DNA of 64,000 nucleotides from Paraspadella gotoi (lineage: Eukaryota; Animalia; Chaetognatha), in the NCBI GenBank assembly GCA_051294375.1, contig CM119263.1:26204758-26268757 (forward strand), written 5' to 3'. The notes under the pieces are model-generated. The model was not told where the DNA came from, searched no databases, and saw only the letters and a list, made by a program, of their open reading frames with translations. A program made the position numbers and the translations under genes. Positions 13,401 through 26,764 of this stretch are shown piece after piece (position 1 is the first letter of the stretch; every line of letters begins with the position of its first letter).

Positions 13401-16400
13401 TACTTTCATCTCAAATTAGGTTGTTAATGAGATTAGATTGATAATCTCCGAAGAAATCATGTTTTACCGTATTTTTAACTCATAGAAATTTAACTGACCA
13501 GTACTAGGTAATAAGAATGAGATAACCATAACAAACCGTTTTTTTAAATAAAGAAAACTTCATACTAATCACTGAGATCAAAAAAGATGGTAATTATTAA
13601 GTTCAGAAATCGTTACCTAAAGGACGTCGATCGTACGTGGAGCCATTGCAGCAAATGTTATTTGATTTTAATAATTATGTCAGTTCGAAAATTTAAATGA
13701 GAAAAAGAAATAGTAATATAGATACTAGTAATAGTAATTCCAACTTTAATTTCCTCCCAACTTCAAGATTAAAATTATTTCATAAATAAAATAAACTTAC
13801 AAAGGTTGCACGTGGTTCCCTGGTATTGTGAGGTGCATGTGCACTCGAAACCATTCGCGACATTTGCGCACGTCCCATATACGCAAGGGCTCGACGAGCA
13901 AGCGACCGCTGGATGGAAAAGCAATGGAAGTGAAATCTCCGCGAGGCTAAATTATATTAAAAACAAGTTTGAGCAAACTATTTTCCGAAAGCGCTTCATT
14001 TCGTTTTCTTAAGGATTAAAATCCTTGAAATTAGAATTGTAAACGTTGTTTTAACACAAAAATCCTTTCAAATCTATAAACGATTTTCCAACTTGTAATC
14101 CTTAACCCAATCCCCTAAACCCAAACGTTATTTCTAAACCCAAATCCCTAACCTAATGCTTAGCCATAATCCCTAACCTATTCCCTATTCCTAACCCCTG
14201 ACTTAATCTTTAAACTTTAAAGAATAAACTAAATACGGCGGGACCTCCTTTCCTATCCCCAAGACTTACACGTGGCGCATCTTAGTCCCTCGAAACCGGA
14301 AGCGCAGGTGCATTCGAAATTTCCCGGCAATCTTGTGCAAGTTCCGCCGTTCAGACATTGGTTGCTGTGACAAAGGTCTGGGGAGAAAAAATGTATTTGG
14401 AGTCGAAATGGATGCATGAATCGGAGGTGAAACGGAACAAAGGGAGAGAGAGCGATTGCGCTTTTGCGCCACTGGATGTTCGTATAAAAATTTAACATTT
14501 TTTTACAATATGAAAAAGTCTGCAATAAAAGTCTTTTGTCCTTTTACAACCAAATTGACTTATGATTTTAGATTTTGATTAAATTAATTTTCCTCATGCA
14601 TGGAAGCATTTTAATATTTAATAATATATAAGAAATGCTTAAAAGTTTTTTAAAGAAATTTAAATTTTTAAAAACGGATTCGGATAAAGATTAAAAAGTT
14701 AGATAAAGGTTAGTATTACAAATTTCAAAAATTTTAATGATAAATAGGCTCAAATTTGAAAAAACTTAAAAAATTATTATCATTATCATCATTTATTAAA
14801 TTTTATAGTTTTTTTAAATTTTCATAGATAATTCATTAAAATTTTAAAAAGCTGTATTAATAAACTTCATCTAACTTCAAGATCTATCACAATCCGTTAA
14901 AAAATATTAAAATTATTAAAATTTTTTTTTGATATTATATGGTATTCAGATAATATAAAATAGCTTCCCTACGTTTAACTATAAGATAAATCTTAATTTT
15001 TTTTTATTTTCACGATCTTTTAATAAATACATTAACAATATTTATACCGGACTTCTGTTAGTTTGTAACCTGTTCCGCCTTAATAACTACGTACATATAA
15101 ATATTACTTTTTAGGACTTCGTTCGAAAGGCTAAGATTCATATTGTTCAAATTGAACCCAAGTCGTTTCTTTTAATATTTTCCTCACCGTTTTGACAATT
15201 AGCTCCATCGTAACCGTCGTCGCATTCACAAGTCTGTACAACTTCAATGAGTAAACCGTTTTGTTCATTCCTGATGTATGTGCACTGTCCGTTCTGACCG
15301 CAGTTTAAATTACAACGGGTCAATTCTGAAATAAAAAGGAACGACGATTATGGATTAATATTAATATTAATATTGAAGAGACAGTAATAATTGTTATGAG
15401 TTAGTGACAGTCCCTGAGCTTCGGGTCAGGCTGTAACGGTGCCAGCGGGATTCCTCCCACACGGGATTCCTCCCTACTGCATTCCTCCCACGCGGGATTC
15501 CTCCCACGGGATTTCTCCCACACGGGATTCTTCCCACGGGATTCCTCCCACGGGATTCCTCCCATGCGGGATTGCTCCCACACGGGATTCCTTCCACAGC
15601 GTAGCGAAAGTTACATACGAAAATTCTAAATGTCAATTATGAACAACATACCATAAGTGAACATTACTTTTTTTAAAAAAATAATTTCATGTTCTTCAAT
15701 TTTTGCAATAGACTATATTTATAGTACTATCCTTATAAAATCAAAAAAATTCAATATAGGCTTTTCTTAATTTTTATTGCAGATTTAAATTCCTCGTCAA
15801 AAGTTGATAAAAGAAAATATAAATCATTTTTAAAAATAGGTTAAAAATTTAAAAAAAATATATTTAATATATAAAATTTTAATTTTCAGCTTAAAATATA
15901 GGTTTTTTTATATTTGATCAACTAAATGAAAACAAAATTAAAAAAGAGTTATATTTCTTTTTATCAACTTTTTATGACGAATCCAAATCTGCAAAAATAT
16001 CTCACAAAAAACTATTTTGAAATTTTAATATTTATTGGATTAGTACGAGTATAAATATGGCCTACTGTGTACATTGTATTATTTATTTAAAAATTTTTTT
16101 ATACATAAATGTTCATTGGTATAATGTGGTTCGTTCCTCACTTTTAGAATTTTAATTCAAGTAAAATTTAGATTTTTTACTACGCTTTGGAATCCACACG
16201 GTCAATTAATGAACAAGGCGCCAGGTCATCGTTACACCAACCTGGTTGGACGCTCAACTGCCCTTCCGTCTTCAGTTGGACGGCGCAAGTCAGCGTAAAG
16301 CTATGGCATCGACTCGTGTAGATCGGTAAGTCCGCGCTCCTACGAACGTTCACCGTCGCCGTGAACGAGTGATTGTGAAAGGAATGGACCGACTGAAATA

Positions 16401-16504
16401 AATTGCGTTTTTTTGGTGAGCATGTCAACATGTAAGTTATGTAAGTTATTTTGGTTATACCAATTTAATAAGGAGAGAGAGAGAGAAGAGAGAGAGAAGA
16501 GAGA

Positions 16505-16546
<42 letters not shown>

Positions 16547-16603
16547 CAAGAGAGAGAGAAGAGAGGGGACACACAGAGAGAGAGAGAAGAGAGAGAGAGA
16601 GAG

Positions 16604-16640
<37 letters not shown>

Positions 16641-16691
16641 AGACAGAAAAAAGGAAAAGAAAGAAAGAAAGAAGAAAAGAAAAGAAAGAAA

Positions 16692-16724
<33 letters not shown>

Positions 16725-17063
16725 TGAAAGAATGACCTCAGAGTCGCTGCAATCGCTGAAGTTTCCCTTGATGACGAAGACGTTCGTCTCCTCCACGATT
16801 GTGGCTTGACAATTTGCGGCAGCAAAGGAAATGCTCGCCCCGGACGCGGGAAAGTCCAGGCCGCCGCCGACCTTTTCGAATCGAACGCAAAAGCCGCGCC
16901 AGTAGGGGTCGCCCCCGTTATGGCAATTGGCGACTTGGCAATTCTTGATCACTCGGACGCCGGTGCAATCCGTCGTGATTGTGGCGGAGGCGTGGGGAAA
17001 GAGGAGGAAGTGGAGAAGGGGGAAAATGAGAAAAGGAAGCGAGGAGCGGAGCGGCCCGCTCAT
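6091..17063 (-). CDS. Secreted/extracellular multidomain protein: signal peptide, ZP-N-like, 3x EGF, furin site, NIDO, start of AMOP-like domain (MUC4/SUSD2/mesh-like module); 3' end unresolved
   Basis: Phase-consistent GT-AG exons: 17063-16737 (MSGPLRSSLPFLIFPLLHFLLFPHASA...), 16392-16242, 15325-15188 (EGF CNLNCGQNGQC..CECDDGYDGANC), 14377-14270 (EGF CHSNQCLNGGTC..CTCASGFEGLRC), 13908-13801 (EGF CSSSPCVYGTC..CTCTSQYQGTTC), 12004-11823 (GGRRKR), 8770-8681 (PVFDELVKSIEMNCNGFITFD), 8509-8228 (LVAPFFLDCD..AFVFSW), 6884-6790 (SFEMILASNGSHSQSSFLY), 6656-6586, 6258-6091 (HW..SKCPCGL). About 573 codons so far. Further phase-1 exons are possible at 5858-5787 and 1424-1284. Confidence 0.8.
7057..8164 (+). 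mobile_element. Penelope-like element 3' remnant (GIY-YIG C-terminus plus pseudo-LTR with hammerhead remnant)
   Basis: VLEAIYIKALEPSLNRHGGRFEL matches the C-terminal motif of PLE GIY-YIG endonucleases. About 55-bp inverted repeat at 7057-7112 / 8111-8164. CTGATGA-stem..ATGTC at 8072-8104. Confidence 0.7.
8863..9572 (-). mobile_element. Complete TRIM (non-autonomous LTR retrotransposon) with tRNA-like sequence in its LTRs
   Basis: LTRs at 9338-9572 and 8863-9118, near-identical apart from a 21-bp indel; termini TGTGGCA..TGCCATA. PBS-like TGGTGAGCCC 2 nt after the 5' LTR; PPT-like GGTGGGGGGA before the 3' LTR; ATAT on both flanks (4-bp TSD). A box TGGCTGAGCAGG and B box GGTTCAATCC. Confidence 0.85.
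10150..10685 (+). mobile_element. Second Penelope-like pseudo-LTR copy
   Basis: Collinear similarity to 7675-8130 (ggggg.cagctcatttt, cattgttgtacatt, cactatcctt, gttggaaact). An inverted fragment lies at about 11150-11330. Confidence 0.6.
10594..10636 (+). ncRNA. Minimal type I hammerhead ribozyme motif (PLE-type)
   Basis: GGCG-CTGAAGA-A-GACTC/GTATGT/GAGTC-GAAAC-AT-GTC-CGTT: conserved core, 5-bp stem II, palindromic ACATGT stem III, weak stem I. Confidence 0.65.
15445..15597. repeat. Minisatellite, 15-17 bp unit cacgggattcctccca, about 9 copies
   Basis: Read directly from the sequence. Confidence 0.9.
15599..16185. mobile_element. MITE, same family as 28979-29714
   Basis: GCGTAGCGAAAG..TTTTACTACGC termini; internal similarity in reverse orientation. 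Confidence 0.55.
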
Positions 17064-17766
17064 TGTTAAGGGAGATCGGTTGGGGATCTGGGAAAGAGGA
17101 GGGGTGGGGGATGGACGTCGATTCTTTGACGGTCTCCGAAGTAGGTGTGGACAAACGAAGGCGAGATATGTTTTTGTTTTTTTGTTTTTTTGTCAAAAAA
17201 GATTATTCTTTTTTGTTAATACAGTATTGAGACTTCCTTTGTATTATTTTATCGTACATCCTTTATTTCTTTTTGTTTCGTACTGCCTGTTTAATTTCGG
17301 GAAATGGAAACAAAGAAATTTAACTTATTAACTCATCAACTTATTTAATTTAATTTATTTCTTTTTTACATTATATTAGAAAAAATACGTTGAAATTTAA
17401 AAAAAAAAAGGAGACAATTTTTCGTGTCGAGAATGAAATAGCAAAATGCATATATGACCGCTCCTTGAAATATTAAAATATTTGATACGAGGAATGGAAG
17501 GAGGAGAGGAGGAGGAAGAGGAGATTCGCGAAAGAAAAAGAAAACCTGTTTGATTTCGACGAGGAACTTTGCAGGAATTCCCTATTATTTTTTTTGTATC
17601 GATATTTTGACTCCAAATCGGCTTTTATGATGACGTCCTGAACGGGTGCGATGCTTAATGAGAGAAGGCAAGCGGCAAGGAAGGTGACATGGAGAAGGGC
17701 CAATGGCGGGAGCAATGGAATGACAAAAACAAGTTCATTTACCGGGGCATCAGAGGGGAGGGGATG

Positions 17767-17885
17767 CTAAAAAGCGACGACGACGACGACGACGATGAAA
17801 ACGACACCGACTATCAAACGGGTTTGATTCGTTTTTATAATGGTCGCACATTTTCTCTTCTTCAAATCGAGAGAAGGGACCTTAC
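17767..17885 (-). CDS. Possible terminal exon encoding a C-terminal hydrophobic anchor; upstream exons unresolved (near gap)
   Basis: Polypyrimidine tract and tttag, then GKVPSLDLKKRKCATIIKTNQTRLIVGVVFIVVVVVVAF*. Part of the hydrophobic run is a (GTC)n repeat. Confidence 0.3.
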
Positions 17886-20351
17886 CTAAAATGAGAGAGA
17901 GAGAGAAAATAACAGAGCGGTTAAATGGTCCCAAGCTTTATGTCATAATTTGTTTGTTTCGCCTGCTTTTAATTATACTTTTTTTTTTAAATAATGAGTC
18001 GTAAACAAACTAGATACGAAAAAAAAATTTCAAAAAAGTAAGATTAATTTCATGTTATATTACTATTTTAGTTCTTCGCTTTATTTGAAATATTGAATCA
18101 TGGATATATATGGGGAGAGGGATGTCAGTGTTGTCTTCTGGAAATAAAGAGAGGATGTATACGTACATGGTTAAAAATACTATCTTAACCGAAGTTCTGA
18201 TTAGTTATAAATCGTTTTTGTTATTTTATGAGAAATATAAATATTTAAAAAGCCGCTGTTGTGATATTGGGTTTGGTCAAAGAGTTGAAAAAAAAAGGAA
18301 ATTTTTATTTATACATATGTATGTAATTACCAAATAGTGTTGTAATACCAAACATAACCATAGCCNNNNNNNNNNNNNNNNNNNNNNNNNNNNNNNNNNN
18401 NNNNNNNNNNNNNNNNNNNNNNNNNNNNNNNNNNNNNNNNNNNNNNNNNNNNNNNNNNNNNNNNNNNNNNNNNNNNNNNNNNNNNNNNNNNNNNNNNNNN
18501 NNNNNNNNNNNNNNNNNNNNNNNNNNNNNNNNNNNNNNNNNNNNNNNNNNNNNNNNNNNNNNNNNNNNNNNNNNNNNNNNNNNNNNNNNNNNNNNNNNNN
18601 NNNNNNNNNNNNNNNNNNNNNNNNNNNNNNNNNNNNNNNNNNNNNNNNNNNNNNNNNNNNNNNNNNATCTTCGAAATTCACGTTTTTTTTTGAGTAGCCG
18701 TAGTGGGGGGCAATTGGCATATTTTAGTGGGTCAGAGGAAAAAGTTAAGTGTTTCGAATCCGAACGAAGCCCTAACCCTTAATTTATTGTGCGAATCCTC
18801 AAGTATTCGTTTCTTCTCTTCTTACTTTCGATTAGGAATAAAACGTTTTCATTGTTGTAAACTTAAGCCAATGAATTAATTTTAAAAACATTTTTCTGCG
18901 AGAACTCGAAAGTAGTTCGTCCACAATGTCATGTTTGAAATGAGAGCGAAAACACTGGAGTAATTAAATGTTTATTACCGGTTTCGTTTAAAATTTGGTC
19001 ATATCTGTTATTTACCTAAAAAAAAAATACTTTACGGACGGAGAGAGACAGAGGATATTGTGTGGATAACGCCCTCAGTGGGATGAAGAGTGCTATCCGC
19101 AACTTTCATCCCCTCTAGCATCTATGGAACGGATCCTGGACCTGAGGGTTTTTCACGCTCCCAGGGCGGTTTAAGGCCGTCCTCACGATTCCCGCAGGGT
19201 AGGCACCATTGGAAATCGATCCCGGTACCTGATGGTATTATTCAGAGAGAGAGAGAGAGAGGGAATATCGGGTCACTCGATCGGCATAGTGTCGTCCACA
19301 AATCAATGATTATGTCACTGAGGTAGTGAAAAAATATCACCTCGGCTTTTCAGTTCTTCAGCGTGGAATAGCGTCTTGATCTAACGCTAATTATTCGTAA
19401 CCCAAAGTCTAACCTTGCTTGAAACGGACAATGCAAAAGAGTAACGGTCCAATTAAACTGCAACTAGATACGATGTTCCGGAAAGTCGGGCAACTGTCAG
19501 GATATTCTCCAAGACCTACTGGGGAAAGTAAGTGTAAGGGCTACCCACTGAGGAGCTTGGTGATCCCCTGTCCATTTCACTGTGACCAGTAACCATTAGA
19601 CAGCCCAAATAGATAGACTTTTTATTCAACGACAAGTACGATTACTATTACTATTACTTTGACCCAAATTCCGAGAAATATTCTTTTCAGTTTTTTCCTC
19701 TTCAGTTTCGCTTTTCTCAATCATACCAAACTAGCTATTTCCTGATTCGAACTAGGAACAAAAACTGGAAAACGCCCACCTACAGAAAATTGTCAGTAAT
19801 GTTCGTCAGATGTAATGAATCTTTAGAAAAAAAAAAGTTACATTGACACCAATTATGTCGAAAAATCGAAATATAACATTTCTTGAACGATAAAAACCCG
19901 AAAAGGTTCCTCTCAGGCTCTCAGGACAAAGAGATTATTCTAGTTGGAAAACTTTTTTTCAAACCAGTTTTTTGTTAATGGAGTTAAAGTTGGTAAGTTA
20001 TTTTTTAATAAAATTTGTTAACATTTGTAATAATTTTGCAATGTGTAGACTAAATTCAAACATCTATATATCTATCGTTATCAGTAAACTTACTAGACCA
20101 CTCTCAACTTCGAGACTTAAGAAATGAATTCGAACATCAAAAAAAAAGCAGGAACAACTAAAAGGAAAGCCAAGAACAAACAAAAACAATTAAGTACAAA
20201 GAATTCAAATAAATTTGAGAAGATAAAGGTAGTTAAAAGTGGGTTGGTCGTACGTTTTTTAATAGGTGGTTAAAATATTTTGAAATTAATTTGAAAGTCA
20301 GAAAAAAAGAAAGAGAGAAAACAAAANNNNNNNNNNNNNNNNNNNNNNNNN

Positions 20352-20421
20352 AAAAGAATTTACCAGAAGGGAGGAGAGAGGAGAGAGAGAGAGACGAAAG
20401 GAGAGAAGAGAGAGAGAGAGA

Positions 20422-20458
<37 letters not shown>

Positions 20459-23400
20459 AGAGACGACGAGGCAGAGAGAAGAGAAGCGGGAAGCGTTAGG
20501 GTGGTCCGTAAGACCCCTTGAGGGTTGTGGCAAACGCCTCAATCCCTGGTTCCAAGCCCAGACCTCGTTCCTATGCTGCTAGGAGGGGGCTATAGAAGTT
20601 ACGGATCAGTCGTACTTTCAGCCCGCTTACGCCTTTATCCACAAGAGAGAGAAGAGAGGCGCGCAAACCGACCACCCTAAGCTAAGAAAATAGGCCTTAA
20701 GCGAAGTGGTCAATTGGTCAGTATTCTAATCGTCATTCAGTTTCCGAATTGTACTTTTTATTTTATTTTTTTTTATTTTATCGTTTGTAGTTCATAATTC
20801 GGTATTCAAACTTCCCTCGATCTTTCTCCATTCCAAGTTCCGCAAATTTTCTTTTTATATCGACTTCTAAAATTAGTTCGTCTTCGTCATCGTCGTCTTC
20901 GTCGTCATCGTCGTTCTTCTCACCGCTAACTTGAATCAGAGGTCTGTTATTTCGCGGTTGAAATTTGCCCTACTTTTTTTCTACTCGGAGTCTTCGTTGA
21001 TGGTCGTTCGTCGTCATCGGCATCGGTTCTTTGTTCGTCGTCGTCTCATCGCTCGGTCGTCGTATTCTTCGTTTCGTCGTCGTCGGTCCTCGTCTTTTTC
21101 GTTTTCGTCGTCGTCGTCGTCTTCGGAATAGTTTTGGGTCGTCGTATGGAGTCGGTCGTTTCCTTCGTTCATACCGAGCCCTCGAACATCTTTAGGGGGA
21201 TTAAATTTCAATTTTTTTTGGCTCAAGGCGGAACAGGGTTATGACATTTTAAAAAAATAGAATAATTATCAGAGTCGTCGTCGTTATTAATACCTCTCGG
21301 TTTATTGGTTTATATATCTCAAATAAAAACAGTTAACATTTTCATTCTTTACAGTTCGTTGAATAGTTGCGTCTAAGAGATCGAGAAGGGGACTGGAAAA
21401 GATAATGGGGGGACAGAAGCTGGAAATAAAAAACCTGCTCAAGATAAATACGCAGTCGTCTCATCGTCCGTCGTCGAATGCTCATTGACTTTTAATTATT
21501 TAAAAAAAATTAATAATGCAATAAAAATCAAATCAATAAAAAATCTAAAGAATAAATTGCAAGAAAGCTTAGCAAACGAAAAAAAGACAATGAAGAATAA
21601 AACAGGCAAAGAAATAGAAGAAAACAGGAGCTAAGCGGTAAAGGGAACTATTCAAAAAAATATAATAAATTACTCATATTTTTTCTCCTTAACTTCTTCT
21701 ATACTTAATATTTGCCTTCTTTCTTTTTCGTTGTTGTTCTAGCATCCAATGAGGAAGGGCGGGTGATGACGGATACCGTGCGCACTCTCGATACGAGCTC
21801 TTCCACCCACTTCTGGATGATGATACGCCACGAGGACTACACTCTTTTCCGAAAAAACAAAACCATCGTTCCACAATCGACATCGAACATTGTTTGATAA
21901 AAAACCAAAGCACACTTGCCGGCTTATATAATTATAATGAAACATGTCTTACATATGAAACAGTTGTTAAACTATTTTATAATACATTTAGTATTTTAAA
22001 GTATCTAATTAGCTTTTTGAACAACCTAATTTGGTCTAACAGACTTTTACTGTTTTAAAAGTTTTCCTCTAATTATACTTGATAGACGGACTGAAAAAGT
22101 ATTTAGCGAGTCGCAATTAGCCCGCGACTTAAAAAACTCTTTGTTTTCTTTCTCGGATTTTCGACATGTATAATCCATTGATTATTTCGCTCGAACGATT
22201 CGCCGCTGACTTCGAAGCCAACAAATATTGGGCCACGTCTTGGCTTCAAACTCAATTTCGACGATTTTAGTGTCTGGTAAAGATTCAACGATAAAAGAAG
22301 TCAAATTTATTAATTTCAATCGGTTGACTAAGCTTGCTAACGATAATCTAAACAGACTGTGACGACGCCGAAGAAGACGAATAAGATTTGTTGTACCATT
22401 TTAGAGAAAAAATCCAATGCGAAACAACTCAGTATTTAAAGAAGAATACTTCTTTTAGCTTATATTATAAAACTATAGTTTATAATTTCATAAGTGTACT
22501 AAAACATTTGTTATTAAAAGACAATATCTCTAAATTTAAATCATGATTGTAACCATGAGTTTTATGTTATTGTGTTAATATGTCCGAGAAATATCAATTG
22601 TATGTGGTAGTATAAGCATACAAAAAGTGCTAAAGAAAAATATAAACTTATGTACATGGCTCTTGTTCTTTATAGTCAGCTTCGAAAAATTGTGTTTATG
22701 ATCGTTTTTAATAGTAAAATTCTCCTCATCCCCTTCCGGCCACCTACAATCATTTTTAGCATGAAGAAAAGTGAACTAACCTCAACTTGGATAGAGAAGG
22801 AGAGAGAGAGAGAGAAGAGAGAGGAGAGAGAGAGAGAGAGAGAGAGAAGAGAGATGAGATGAGAGAGACCAGACAGAACTATGATAGACAGACAGACTGA
22901 GAGACAGAGACGGAATGATCCGTTCAAAAATGGATACCAAATGAAGGAAGCATAACTTTATCTGACAGCAATTCCAAAAAAAATCAATACAAGGAAAAAC
23001 CAAAAAAATCTCAAGGGAGTCTAAAGTGTCCGAATTTGCGATAAAATTACAACCACCCTACTTACGATCAAGATTAAGTGATTCTCTCCGCTATATTAAC
23101 GATTTTGAATTTGCGGGGAAAAAAAAACAGAAAAAAAAGAGCGAAATAATTTCACCTCGAGATTAGACTCGTAGACGAGCGACGGGACTATCATCGAGAC
23201 GTCCTGAGTCGACCCCGCCCTCGCAGTGCAACTATACTGTAATTAAGAATTAAAGACTGTTAGATTACTTAAAGATGCATGTAACATAAATCTCGCAAAT
23301 AATCCAAAGGCAAACCGGCGGTATGGGCAGCAATAAAAAAAGAATATAAATCGATGTAGTTTGTAGTAAACTAATTAAAATTTTACGCAGGCTAAACACA

Positions 23401-23620
23401 TAAAGACAAACTCGTTCAACTGATACGTTTTCTTTTCACGCTGTTTGACAATAATTTAAAATATATATAATGAAGACAAGTTTACAAGCGCCCACCTTTA
23501 ATCATTGGTGACTTTGTCCTGACTTAATTATTATACACCTTTAAACTCGCGAAGCCTGAAACCTAAACAAGTCGATTGGAGACCCTGACGTCGACTCCGC
23601 GAGCATTATCATTCTCTCCT

Positions 23621-23652
<32 letters not shown>

Positions 23653-25955
23653 TCTCTTCTCATCTCTCTCTTTGAGAGAGAGAGAGAGAGAGAAGCGGGA
23701 AGCGTGAGGGTGGCCGTAAGACCCCTTGAGGGTGTGGCAAACCCTCAATCCTGGTTCCAAGCCCAGGACCCGTTCCATGGCTGCTAGAGGGGGCTATAGA
23801 AGTTACGGATAGTCGTCTTCAGCCCGCTTAGCGCCTTATCCACAGAGAGAGAGAGAGGGCGCAAACCGACCACCTAAGCTAAGAAAATAGGCTAAGCGAA
23901 GTGGTCAATTGTCAGTAGTTCTTAATCGTCATTCTATTTCGAATTGTACTTTTTATTTTATTTTTTTTTATTTTATCGTTGTAGTCATAATCGGTATTCA
24001 ACTTCCCTCGACTTTCTCCATCAAGTTCCGCAATTTTTCTTTTATATCGACTCTAAAATTAGTTCGTCTTCGTCATCGTCGTCTTCGTCGTCATCGTCGT
24101 TCTTCTCACCGTAACTTGAATCAGAGTCGTTATTTCGCGGTTAAATTTGCCCTACTTTTTTTTACTCGACGTCTTCGTTGATGGTCGTCGTCGTCATCGG
24201 CATGGTCTTGTTCGTCGTCGTCGTCATGGTCGTCGTCGTATTCTTCGTTTTCGTCGTCGTCGTCCTCGTATTCTTCGTTTTCGTCGTCGTCGTCATATTC
24301 TTCGTTTTCGTCGTCGTCGTCGTCGTCTTCGGAATAGTTTTGGTCGTCGTAGTAGTCGTCGTTTCCTCGTCATACGAGCCTCGAACATCTTTCGGGGGGA
24401 TTAAATTTCAATTTTTTTGCTCAAGCGGAACAGGTTATGACATTTAAAAATAGAATAATTATCAGAGTCGTCGTCGTTATTAATACCTCTCGTTTATTGT
24501 TTATATCTCAATAAAAACAGTTAACATTTCATTCTTTACAGTTCGTTGAATAGTTGGTCTAAAGAGACCGAGAGGGGACTGAAAAGATTATGGGGCGGAT
24601 CAAAAGCTGGAAATAAAAACCTGCTCAAATAATACGNNNNNNNNNNNNNNNNNNNNNNNNNNNNNNNNNNNNNNNNNNNNNNNNNNNNNNNNNNNNNNNN
24701 NNNNNNNNNNNNNNNNNNNNNNNNNNNNNNNNNNNNNNNNNNNNNNNNNNNNNNNNNNNNNNNNNNNNNNNNNNNNNNNNNNNNNNNNNNNNNNNNNNNN
24801 NNNNNNNNNNNNNNNNNNNNNNNNNNNNNNNNNNNNNNNNNNNNNNNNNNNNNNNNNNNNNNNNNNNNNNNNNNNNNNNNNNNNNNNNNNNNNNNNNNNN
24901 NNNNNNNNNNNNNNNNNNNNNNNNNNNNNNNNNNNNNNNNNNNNNNNNNNNNNNNNNNNNNNNNNNNNNNNNNNNNNNNNNNNNNNNNNNNNNNNNNNNN
25001 NNNNNNNNNNNNNNNNNNNNNNNNNNNNNNNNNNNNNNNNNNNNNNNNNNNNNNNNNNNNNNNNNNNNNNNNNNNNNNNNNNNNNNNNNNNNNNNNNNNN
25101 NNNNNNNNNNNNNNNNNNNNNNNNNNNNNNNNNNNNNNNNNNNNNNNNNNNNNNNNNNNNNNNNNNNNNNNNNNNNNNNNNNNNNNNNNNNNNNNNNNNN
25201 NNNNNNNNNNNNNNNNNNNNNNNNNNNNNNNNNNNNNNNNNNNNNNNNNNNNNNNNNNNNNNNNNNNNNNNNNNNNNNNNNNNNNNNNNNNNNNNNNNNN
25301 NNNNNGAGTCGCTAATAGCCCGCGACTAAAAACTCTTTGCTTTCTCGATTTCGACATTTATTCCATGATTATTTCGCTCGAAACGATTCGCCGCTGACGT
25401 CGAAGCCCAACAAATTATTAGGCACGTCTTGGGCTCAAACTATTTCGACGATTTAGTGTCTCGGGTAAAGATTCAACGTAAAAGAGTCAAATTTATTAAT
25501 TTCAATCGTTACTAGCTTTGCTAACGATTAATCTAAACGACTGTGACGACGCCGAAGAAGACGAATAAGTTTGTTGTACCATTTTAGAGAAAAACCAATG
25601 CGAACAACTCAGTATTTAAAGAAGAATACTTCTTTTAGCATATTAAAACTATAGTTTATAATTTCATATGTGTACTAAACATTTGTTATTAAAAGACAAT
25701 ATCTTAAATTTAATATCATGATTGTACCATGAGTTTTATGTTATTGTGTTAATATGTCCGAGAAATATCAATGTATGTAGTATAAGCATACAAAATGTGG
25801 CTAAAAAAATAAAACTTTATGTACATGGGCTCGTTTCTTTATAGTCAGCTTCGAAAATTGTTTATGATCGGTTTTTTATAGTAAAATTCTTCCTCATCCC
25901 TTCGCCACCTACAATCATTTTTTAGATGAAGAAAAAAGTGAACTAACCTCACTGG

Positions 25956-26030
<75 letters not shown>

Positions 26031-26764
26031 TAGACAGACAGACTGAGAGACAGAGACGAATCGATCCGTTCAAAATTAAATGGATACAAATGAAGGGAAA
26101 ACTTTTATCTGACAGCAATTTCCAAAAAAATGCATAACAAGGAAAAACAAAAAAAAAATCTCAGGGAGTCTAAGGTCGAATTTGCGATAAATTACAACCA
26201 CCCTACTACGATCAAGATAAGTGATTCTCTCCGCTACTAATTAACGATTTGAATTTCGGGGGAAAAAAAAGAAAAAAAAGAATCGAAATTATTTCATCCT
26301 CGATTAGACCGAGACGAGCGACAGGGACTATCATCGATGACGTCCTGAGTTCGACTCCCGCCCATCGCAGTGCAATTATACTGTAATTAAGATTAAAACT
26401 GTTAAGATTATTAAGATGATTGTAACATAATTCTTCGCAAATAATCCATAAGTAAGCAACCGGTATTGCAGCAATAAAAAAAGAATATAATCATTTATTT
26501 TGTTAGTAAATCAATTTTTTAAATATTTTTTACGTCAGGCATACACATAAAGACAAATCGTTCAACTGATACGTTTTCTTTTATCACGCTGTTTTGACAA
26601 TAATTTAAAATATATTATATAAGAAGAAAGTTTACAAGCGCCACCTTTTAATACTTTTGGTAGTACTTTGTCCCTGACTTAATTATTTATTCACCTTTAA
26701 ACTCGCGAAGCCTGAGAACCTATAAACAAGTCGATGGGAGACCCTGACGTCGACCCGCGAGCAT

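Noticed and set aside
14100-14205. Telomere-like CCCTAA units
   Set aside because: Short, degenerate and intronic; typical of transposon-internal repeats.
19060-19600. Possible LTR-element fragment (cctcagtggg/cccactgagg inverted pair, purine tract + TGTAAG)
   Set aside because: No second LTR, TSD or coding remnant is visible.
24536-25357. ORFs containing X runs (also 18277-18720)
   Set aside because: Artefacts of N gaps.
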